A DNA stretch of 64,000 bases from the human T2T-CHM13v2.0 reference genome, Homo sapiens: NCBI RefSeq assembly GCF_009914755.1, contig NC_060925.1; one strand, given 5' to 3'. Positions 12,121 to 64,000 of this stretch are shown here, piece by piece. Made by a program: the position numbers and the translations under genes. The notes under the pieces were generated by a model. The model saw nothing but the letters and a program-made list of their open reading frames with translations. It was not told the origin of the DNA and made no database searches. Position 1 is the stretch's first letter, and every line of letters begins with the position of its first letter.

Positions 12121-13469
12121 GTTATTTCTTAAGAACCTGGATTTTCACAGTGACTCTGAGCCCAGGCAAAGACCGTGGCCACACATTTTCCAGGGACATA
12201 CTCAGGATGCCGCGGGCCGGCACCAGGCCCCCTGTGCATGGCCCCCTTGTGTTGGGTGCCGTGTCATGTGTGGTCGCCCCAAGCTCGCCCCTGGTGTGGC
12301 CAGTCTGCCCACCGGCTGGAGCACTGGAGCAGGGCCAGCGGCCCCTGATCGTGTACTGAGAACCCAGGGGCGGCACAGCTGCACCTTGCAGGGCCCAGGC
12401 TGGCCAGTGGTTTAGAGGACTCCGGGATTCAGTAGAGCTTTTGGGGATCCCTCTGCAGTGTCCCCAGGGTTGGAGACAGGCCCCACCTCCCTCCCAGTTT
12501 TTCCTCCCAGCCATCTCGTCCTGGGAGCTGCAGGCAGAAGAGGCAGTCCCTGAGCCAGTCGGCTGACCTGGGGTGGCACAGCAAGAGGAGGACTGGTCCT
12601 CTCTGTCCCAGGAAGCCCCCACCAGCCCTCCTGTGTCCGACGCCAATGCCCGTTGCCTTTGTGGGCTTGGGTAATGCTGTCCTCAGGGAGGGAGCACCCA
12701 GCATACACCTGAGAATCTGCCCTGATCCTCCTGGGTCTGGGGCCCTGGCTTCTGCAGGAAAGTCAGGGGTGCATCTACCCCATATGCCAACCAGAAATGG
12801 TGATAGGAGACTGCCCTCCACCCCTCCCAGGCTTGGGGCAGCTGCAGGACCTGGTGCATGAGAGGTGGGGTGGGCTGAAAGAACACGCTGCTCCCAGCCC
12901 CCGCCTGCTGGACCAGGGCTTAGGGGAGGAGGCGAGGTCTGGAGGGCCGTGCAGTGCGAGGAGGGCCAGCTCCTCTCCCGGTCACCTCCATGGCCTTGGG
13001 CAGCAGCAATGGCCCAGTCCAGGCTCGGAGCCCACGCAGGACTGTCCTGGGCAGGGCTTTGGTCAGCGGCCGCCTCGCAGGGCGGGGCACAGCCAGGGCT
13101 CTGGGAAAGAGGAGGCACCTGGGAGCAGAATCCCCTGAGATGGGGCCAGCTCCTCCACGCCCAGCGTGGCATCTCCAGCCTCCGCTGTCCTGCCTGTGAA
13201 CTGGTTACTCCCTGGGCTTTTCCTGGAGCTCCTGTGGGAGCAAACTGGCAGCCAGGGCAGGGCATGTGTGTTGGCAGGTGGTGTGTGCATGTGTGCTAGC
13301 ATGCCTGTCTCTGTGTGTGCGTGTGTGTTGGGGGGCGGGGGGGCGGGTAGCCGGGGGGCGGGTAGCCAGGGGGCAGCAGTTTCGTGTAAACCCAGCTGCC
13401 CTGCAGCCTCCGGGCGGTTCTCACTGCCAAGTTCATGCTCAGCTCACGGAGCAAGGCGGATCTGGAAAG

Positions 13470-13560
13470 CCTGGCCTCTGACTCTGTGACCTCACTCTCA
13501 CGTATGTGACCTGGGGCAGGTGACTCAGCCTCTGCGCCTCAGTTCCGTCTGCAAGTGGCT
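13470..13560. mobile_element. MIR fragment
   Basis: tgtgacctggggcaggtgactcagcctctgcgcctcagttccgtctgcaa resembles the MIR core. Confidence 0.6.
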
Positions 13561-15352
13561 ACAGCAGCCTCTGCGTTTTAGCGGGCAGTGAGAATGCTCA
13601 GCCTGCAGGGAGGGGGTCCGGGCCCAGGCTGGGTGGCTGTCCTGCTATGGCAGTGGCCAGGCTGTTGTTGGGGGCATCTGGGGCAACCTGGGGAGGGCCC
13701 AGTTCAGGCCTGCTCAGGACGAGAGCCCCTCCCGGCAGAGTCAGGAAGCGCAGGCCTGGGCTGCCAGTGAGGTGTGGGCCCAGGCAGGGGCGAGACCTAT
13801 GGGCAGGAGGGGCGTCAGGAGAGGGGGCCACAGGCTTGTGTAGCCCCGTCCCCAGCACCAGTGCCAGCTCACGCCCGTCCGAGGGCCCCTGCTCAGCCTG
13901 GGGTGCCGCCTTCACTGGCCCAGGTGCCATGGCCCCCTCAGCAGGACAGAGCCAGCCTGGACCCCCAGGACGATCACCCCCTCCCCGGGGTCTTCTTGCT
14001 CACTCTCCTCATGGAACCTCAGCCTGTCCCGTACTTCCAGTGTTGGGGTCCAGGGACACTTCCCCGCCCACAGTCAGATAATAGGGCTCCTGCGGGGGCT
14101 CTGCCACACGGGCTCAGCTGGAGAGGGGTCCCAGGAGACAGACAGGGCTTACCTTGCTCAGCCCTCCTGTGCAGCCACATAGCCTGGGTAGCTCTCTGGC
14201 TGCACAGACCCTCCTGTTGCAGGGGGTGAAACTGAGGCCCAAAGACCCTCTTCCCACTGCAGGGGGCTATCAGGGCTCTAAAGACACCCGTCTAGCCAAC
14301 AAGGCCTGTGCCCCGAGTAGGTTGCCAGGGTGCCCACAGTGCTTGGTGTCCCAGCCCATCCTTCAGGCCATTGTTGGCCTGGGGTGCTGTGGGGGCTGTG
14401 TGGATGCAGGGCAGTGGGAGGGGGCTGCTGCTGAGGCCTTGCGCCCAAGCCCTGTCCCCAAGGCCACCCTGGGCAGGATAGCCCAGGCCGAGGGCTGGGG
14501 TTCATCTTGGCAAACTTCAGTGCCCAGCCCTGGGCGGGCACAGAGTGGACACTGCTGGGTCCAGACAGGCACCACCTAACCTTTCCTGCGGCCAGGGGAG
14601 CAAGGGGGGTGTGGTTCACAGGAGCACAGAAGCCACGCGGGAGTGGCCGCCCCAGCTAGGCCGGGACAGCCATCAGACTCGACAGGCCACCGGTCCCTCC
14701 GTCCAGCCAGAGATGGGACAGGCCACCAGTCCCTCTGTCCAGGCACGGAGTTGGGTCTGTCACCTTGCAGGTCCAGAGCCCCACCGTGAGCACATCCCTC
14801 CATCCCACCCCCGTGTCCCCGCCACCCCGTCCGGTGTGCCATGTGTATCCTCAGCCCACAGAGCCCCTGCTGCTGTCCTGTGACCGGGAATTTGTACACA
14901 GGGTGCGCACTCACATGACCTCATCCTAGTTCCTGCTGTTGCCCAACCACGTTTTAGGATCTATCTGAGCGGCTCTGCTCATCTTTCCCCTCCGGAACAT
15001 TCCAGAACATGCCCCACCCTGGCGGTGTCCTCTGCAGGGACTCCCCTTCCCCAGCCTGCCGCACACCTTCCTCTCACGCCACCTGGTGTCTGGCAGAGGC
15101 ACTGCTGGCCGGGCCCCGGGGCCTCCGATGACCGGACTGCCGCCGGCTCCAGGGCTGGCCCTGGGACCCCGGCGGTTCATGGGGGGTCCTCACCCCATAT
15201 TTACTCAGAGCCCTTGGCCTCCAACTTTTGCTGGTGGGCGTAAGCCGTAGACCGGTGTTTTGATGTGCAGATCTCTGGTCTTCGCGAGATGGGCCTTCTC
15301 CGTACACTTGGCCTTGGCTGTGGGGTCTCCGTGAATTCTGCCCATCTCCTCC

Positions 15353-15441
15353 CCTCTCCGGCTCGGCTCGGTCCTCCCTTCTCCGGCTCGGCTCGGTCCT
15401 CCTCTGGCTCGGCTCGGTCCTCCTCTCTCTAGCTCAGCTCT
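15353..15441. repeat. Short tandem repeat, about 25-bp unit containing ggctcggctcggtcctcc, 3-4 copies
   Basis: Direct reading. Confidence 0.8.
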
Positions 15442-15569
15442 GCCATTCTTGACCCCAGACCTTTGTCCATTTCAGACATGGCAGGTTGCCCACCAGATGC
15501 CACCTGTGGGCTCTGTCGCTGGGCCTTTCCAGCAAACTGGAATGCATCTGACATAGCTGGGAAGTGACA

Positions 15570-16680
15570 TTTTTTCATGTCACATTTGCCTTCCAGTTGT
15601 CATTTGTCAGGCCTTTTGAGGTCTTTATAAACTGTATCAGAAGAATTGAAAGAATCCAGAAATTCTTTCGCCAGATACATTCCCGTAGATTTCCAGGTTT
15701 TATTGCCATGTTGAACGGTGTCTTATTTTGTAGTTTTCTTGTCGGTTATTGTTGGTGTTGAAGCACTATCGATGTTATAGGTTTTATACATGTTGTACAT
15801 TTTCCATGCTTTATAGGATTTTATTGCCAACCTTGCTGAATCCTTATCATCAGCTATAGCAATGTCTGTTAGCCCTTTGGGGTTTTCCGTGGAGATAATC
15901 CTGTCCCCTGAGAACCACGGCAGGTGTGTCTTCCCCTGAGATCCTTATACCTCAGTTGCTTCTCCTCATCTGAAGATACTGCCTGCTGGGGCGGTGGGGG
16001 GCAGTGAGGCTGATGCAGGCATCTTCTGATTTGACTTTATTCACTCCTGTGACGACACTCACCGCGCTCTACCCAGGTCCGGTTCCAGGTGGTCCAGGTA
16101 TACAGCGAAGCCCCTGCCTCCCGAGTTTGTGCTCTGATGGGGAAGGCCTAGCACAGACATGGGATGTCACGGCAGGGCTCTGAAGAGCAGAAGGCTGGGA
16201 GGAGGTATAGCAGGACCAGACGACTGTCACCCCAGTGGGCACGGCAGGCCCCGCTGGGCGGCATCTTTTGCACAGACCTGAATTCATCGGTTTCTCCCCT
16301 GAACATGACTCTTGCACCTAACCACTATCAAAAGAGGTCCTTTCTCAGGTTTCCAAGAATGCCTATCCCAAACAGGCATTGAACTCTGTCCAACGTTCTT
16401 CCTGCTGCCATCAATACAGTCATCTGATTTCTCTTCTCACCCAAATGCACCGACGCATTTTCTGATGTGAAACCGTCCTTGCATTCGATCCAGTCCATTC
16501 GGTCAGGCCAGTGTTCTTGGTAAAATACTCTTATTTGGATAGCTAATATTTGATCTAGGATTTTTGCCTACATGGAATGAGTCTGCAGTTACTTTACTTG
16601 TTACTGTCCTCTCTTGGTTTTAGAGCCAAGTTTCCGCTGCCTTTGTGGGATGAGGTGAGCTGTTTTTCCTCCATTTAAAA
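15570..16680 (-). mobile_element. Old, degraded L1 (L1M-type) fragments
   Basis: Abrupt shift to T-rich sequence with antisense L1 ORF2-like phrases (e.g. gctaatatttgatctaggatttttgc); subfamily not determinable by eye. Confidence 0.55.
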
Positions 16681-16686
16681 TTTCTG

Positions 16687-17193
<507 letters not shown>

Positions 17194-17465
17194 CTAAGTG
17201 TTTTCCAAGTTATTGGTACATAGCTGCTCATAATTTTTATACCTTCTTCTCTATTGTGTTTGTAGTTAACTCTTGTGTATTTTTTTCTCTCGTGTTTAAA
17301 AAATCAGTCTTGCAAGGTGCTTTCTTGCTTCTTAGTCTTCAAAGAAGGAAATTTCGGTTTTCTTAAGCGTTCCATTATTCTGCACCTGCTGAATGTAAAG
17401 TTTATACACAGAAATGTAAGTGTGAGTATCACTTATCATCAGAGAAATGTGAATTAAAGCCACGA

Positions 17466-17772
17466 GGCCGAGTGCAGTGGTTCGCACCTGTAATCCCAGC
17501 ACTTTGGAAAGCTGAGGCAGTCAGATCACATGAGCTCAGGAGTTCGAGACCAGCCTGGGCAACATGGCAAAATCCCATCTCTACAAAAAGAAAATACAAA
17601 AATTAGCTGGGCGTGGTGGCTTGCACCTGTAGTTAGCTTCCTGGGAGGCTAAAGTGGGAGGATTGCTTGAACCCTGGAAGCGGAGGTTGCAGTGAGTCGA
17701 GATGGCGCCACTGCACTCCAACACGGGTGGCAGAGTGAGACCCTGTCTCAAAAAATAAAAATAAAAATAAAA
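17466..17772 (+). mobile_element. Alu (AluJ-like) inserted into an L1
   Basis: Diverged Alu with (aaaat)n tail; L1 sequence resumes at aaaccacaatgagatatcatctcacacc. Confidence 0.88.
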
Positions 17773-18152
17773 CCACAATGAGATATCATCTCACACCGTC
17801 AGAATGGCTATTATTAAAAAGTCAAAAATATAACATGTTGAGGATGCAGACAAAAGGGAATGCATATACACTGTTGGTGGGAATGTGAACTCACTTAGCC
17901 TGTATGGAAAATGTTATGGTTTTTCTCAAAGAACTAAAAATGGAACTCCCATTCCATCCAGCAATCACACCACAGGGCACCTGCACAAATGAAAGGAATT
18001 CATTATATCAAAAAGATGCTCACACTTATGTGTTTATCACAGCACTGTTCACACGAGCAAAGATATGGAATTAACCTGTGTCCATCAGTGGATGACTGGA
18101 TAAAGATGTGTGTGGAGGTGTGTGTGTGTGCACGCATGTGTGAGTTTTACAT

Positions 18153-18154
<2 letters not shown>

Positions 18155-18193
<39 letters not shown>
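18155..18193. repeat. (TA)n microsatellite
   Basis: Near-perfect TA run. Confidence 0.95.
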
Positions 18194-18195
<2 letters not shown>

Positions 18196-18958
18196 GCATT
18201 CCATGTAGTACGGACATGCAGTATTGCATGCACACACACCATGGACGACTACTCAGCCATAAAGAAGAATGAAATCATGACTGTTCCAGCAACATGGATG
18301 GAACTGAAGACCACTATCTTAGGTGAAATAACTCAGAAACAAAGTCAAATACTGCATGCTCTCCCTTATATGTGGGAGCTAAATAACGTGTACAGACAGA
18401 CAGAGAGGGGAATAACAGACATTGGAGACTGGAAGGGTGGGAGGGTGGCAGGGAGGGATGAGAAATTACTTCATGGGCAGAATGTACACTACTCAGTAAT
18501 GGTAACACTAAAGCCCAGACTCTTCCACCATATGCTATGTCCATGTAACAAAACTGCATGTGTACCCTGTAATTTTATAAATGTTGTTAAGCTGAAAAGG
18601 TGTGTGTATGTGAACACAGTAAACATGTAAGTATAAACACAGATGTACCGTGTGTGTGCAAGCTTATTCAGGTTACCATTGCTATGTCTTACTTGCTTAA
18701 ACTATTGGTTTTTGTAAAGTGCACGTTCAAATCACCCATGACAGCTATTTCTACCTGCTCTATCCATCACTGCTGGATGAATGTTCGAGCCTCATTGTTG
18801 GGTGCGTGTATGTGTATGTATATTTACAGACTGTTACGATGCTTCTTACCCTGAAATATTCAAACGCCTGCCCTAATTCTCCTTTGGTTTACTCTGCATG
18901 TCTGTGTTTCTACCCTTTGAAGCATGTCTTTTATAGTAAAAATACTATTTAGTATATT

Positions 18959-18997
18959 TTTAATGCAGTCTAGTCTGTTTTTAATGATGTTTTTAAT
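18959..18997 (-). terminator. Candidate distal MEGF6 poly(A) signals (three ATTAAA)
   Basis: tttaat on + at 18959, 18980 and 18992; usage inferred, not shown. Confidence 0.5.
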
Positions 18998-19162
18998 TGA
19001 CAATAATTGTAGATATTCATCGGATACACAGTGATGTTTTGATACATGGGATGTCTAGTGATCAAATCAGGGTAATGAGCATATCATCATCTCAAGCGTT
19101 TATTATGTGTGTTGAGAATGTTCAATATCCTCCTTCTTGCTGCTTGAAACTATATAATATAT
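18985..19162 (-). mobile_element. L1MA-type 3' end fragment
   Basis: ttttaattgac...gatcaaatcagggtaatgagcatatc matches the reverse complement of L1MA termini. Confidence 0.7.
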
Positions 19163-21540
19163 GGTCAGGAGTTTGTTTTTCCGTCGTCATTTGTAACCGT
19201 TAACATTAGGATCTGTGAGCGTGTTTTCTAGTTATTCTGCTTTATTTTCCTCTGCTCCTGACCGCCGTTGGATAGCTGAGATTTCCTCCGGATGGGCAGA
19301 AGCTCGGCCTGCCTTATGGCTTCCGTAGCTGAACACTGTGTCTTCACTGAGCGGGATGAGTGATTGGTACCTGCCAGGCCCCCCGTCCACACCCTCACAC
19401 CATGCTGAGACTGTCGGGGGTTCCCATTGGGGAGTAATGGTGATATTCTGACTCTCTGAATTCCTAGGCCATTTGGGAACTGTGGTGACTGAATATCTCA
19501 GAGCACCCTCCTGGCTTCTTTCTCTTCTGGCTGGAGAACGTCTCTAAGAGCATTTTAAAATCAGGCTTTTCTGTAGAAAAATGGCCGAGGCCTTGAAGGC
19601 CTAAGAATAACATGGACTTTGCATGCCTTTGATAGTTTAGCTGGATGTAAAATTCAGCCTTCAAATATTTCCTTCAAACTCTGAGGATGGAACATCACAG
19701 TTTTCTGGCTCTCCGTGTTTCTCACGTATAGTCTGAGGTCAATTTGATTCCCATTCTTTTTTCTCTGGGACTTTAGAATTTATCTTTGACATTGATGTTC
19801 TTCAAGGTCTTATGGCTTTTTTATGTTATTTTTCCACCTTGTGCATTTCCAGGCTGACTGAGATCATTCACCTTTAGATCTGAGAACGTCTTGGTCGTCG
19901 TTGCTTCATGTCAATGACTTCTTACTTTTGTATTTTGCAGTTAGATGGATGTGAATGAACACCTCCCTTACCCATTTCCATTCATCTATCTCTGTACGTT
20001 GTCTCTCTTTACGCCTCCCTGCTATTCCTGGGAGAATCTCCTGAGCTGTATCCACTCACCCCATCTGCTGGATGCTTCATTTCAAGGTATGCGTTTTCCA
20101 CACTCCGTCTGCACCCCAGTCCGTCTCTCTCTGGCTGCTGCTTCTGCATCCCCACCATCCTGCCCTCCCTTATCACTGTTCTACTTTAAAGTCTCCCCAC
20201 AGCGGTCCATTCATCAGCTTCCTCTGTGACAGCTCCCTTGCTGTCTGTGAGCAACCAAGCTCACTGGACTCCTCCTCCTCCTGCTGGTGAAATTGTCTGC
20301 CCTGGGGCCTCAGCTACCTTGGCTGGTTTTAGGGTGATGGGGGCGGCAGCCCAGACCCTAAGGGGGCCTTCTTAAGGGAGAGAGAGTCCTATGTTGCGGT
20401 GTGAGTGCAGCCCTCTCCATTGGCCACCCCACTCTGCAGAGGAGCCCCCAGCCACCACCTCTACCCTCTGCCTCTTCCTTCCACTCTGGGCCCTTCTTCC
20501 AGGAGAAGTCAGCCTCAGCCCATGAGTGCCAGGTGCTCGGGAGGGCTGGTCTGTCCTCACCCAGGGAGTCCCTGCCCCTGCGATGCTGCCCTCCCCCCAC
20601 TGCTGATGCTCAGGTAGGGGTGGGTGGGGTGAGCCCAAGGGAGTTCGGCCTCAGTCCAGGTTGCCCCTCCACACCAGCCCTCCTCCCCCTGGGCCATTCT
20701 CTGGGAACAGCCAGTCTCTGGGTCTCAGCGGTAATGAATGCAGCCCCAGCGTTCTCCTCAATAGCACTGGGAACTGAGATGAGTCCCAACTTCTTCACTT
20801 GTGTGGCACCCCCACCCCTGCAAAGGGCCCCGGGTGCACTGGGAGGTCCCTGGGTGCACCGTTATGCTGGCCGGGCCCCAGGGAGGAGCCCACACAGAGT
20901 CCACGTAACACAGCAAACACACAGGCCACGAGGAGGTTGCCTGCTCCTTTACCTTCCTAGGTTTACATGGTACCGGAGCCAGCAGCCTGGTGAGCCCGCA
21001 GGAGCCTGCAGACCTGAATCAGGGTTTCTGGGGATTGGGCAGGAGATGACAGGCAGCTTCCAGCTGATCCCAGGGCTGCAGCGGGCATGTGCAGTGGCCC
21101 ATAAATACCTTTACATAAATACGGGCTGGGCGACTTCCAGTCCCAGGGCCTAGCACCAAAAAGCCTGCCTGGAGGACAGTGGCCCTGTGCCTGCACCTGC
21201 GCCTGCACCCACACTGGCGCCCACACCTGTCCTCAGTCCAACTCAGAGCCGCGGGGAGAGCGGGACTTCCTCAGCCCAGGCCCAGAGCGTGCCCCTGGGT
21301 TCTGCAGAGCCAGGCCAGGAGGCGCCTCTCTTCCAGCGGCCATGCGAGGCTTCCCTCCTCAAGGCCACACCAGCCTCCAAGAGCGACAGGTTGCTGGGCT
21401 GTCCACAGCCCTCCACGGCCCTCAAAGGAAGGGCAGTACCAGGAGCTCTGGGCCCGTGAAGTGTCCTTCTCAGTGGTCACCAAAGGCCAGGGTCCCCTCT
21501 GGCTGGGACTGGAGAGGCGGGCTCCACGGGACTGCCTCTA

Positions 21541-63558
<42,018 letters not shown>

Positions 63559-64000
63559 GGCCTGGTAGGCCGGCGGGCGGGAGGGGGCGAGGACCAACCG
63601 CGCTGCGCCCTAAGCCGGCGGCCGGGCGACGGGGCAGGCGGCTCGGGCTGGTTCTGGGTTCCGGGCGGGCGCGCAATCCCAGCCCCGGGATCCGCTCCGC
63701 TCGGCGCCGCCCGGGAGCCGCTCTGGGCCGGGCGCGCCCCGCCCCTCGCCTTTAAGTTCTCAGCTTTCCCTCCGCCCCGCAGGTAAAGGCCAAGTCCGCA
63801 GACAACCGAGGGAGCCGCCCCCGGCCCCGCCCCGAGCCCCGCCCCACCTCCCCCAGGGGGCCGCGCCGGCCCGCCCGCCCCGCGCATTCCAGCGTGCGCG
63901 CTCCCGGACCCGGACGCAGATAGGGACCTAGGCACAAACGCAGACATCCACATGTGACCCACAGACACAGGCACACAGACTCACGTGTGCAAACATGCAC

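Larger units (their letters stand above)
17430..18595 (+). mobile_element. L1 3' end (L1MA/L1PB-like), interrupted by an Alu and (TG)n/(TA)n
   Basis: L1 hallmarks: agaatggctattattaaaaagtcaaaa, tactcagccataaagaagaatgaaatc, caacatggatggaactg. Confidence 0.88.

Noticed and set aside
17989-18630. 213-aa ORF
   Set aside because: Decayed L1 3' end plus (TA)n; not a functional gene

Overview
This is GC-rich human (or very closely related great-ape) genomic DNA with two convergent genes, recognisable as the 1p36.3 ARHGEF16-MEGF6 region. The + strand carries the last 9 coding exons of ARHGEF16/Ephexin-4 (end of DH, PH, SH3, C-terminal ETDV; stop 11605-11607; ATTAAA at 12115). The - strand carries MEGF6: a CpG-island alternative first exon encoding a signal peptide (ATG at 63558), then 33 further coding exons ending at a stop at 21541-21543. 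Every internal MEGF6 exon is phase 1-1, and nearly all encode one EGF-type module. Introns and the intergenic gap hold five minisatellites, Alus, L1, THE1/MLT1 LTR, L2 and MIR fragments. The very long ORFs in the supplied track are tandem-repeat artefacts. I found no novel gene system. The most interesting signals are in the splicing architecture: (1) a complete MEGF6 EGF exon with intact splice sites but a +2 frameshift (28505-28635), a candidate poison exon; (2) a neighbouring coding exon that has lost a conserved Cys; (3) an apparent fossil EGF exon abutting a VNTR (about 24032-24145); (4) a 41-bp duplication giving an ARHGEF16 exon two competing acceptors; (5) a 44-bp copy of exon sequence pasted into an MLT1 remnant. 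Exon coordinates were read by hand from GT/AG boundaries and frame continuity; repeat boundaries and subfamilies are approximate.
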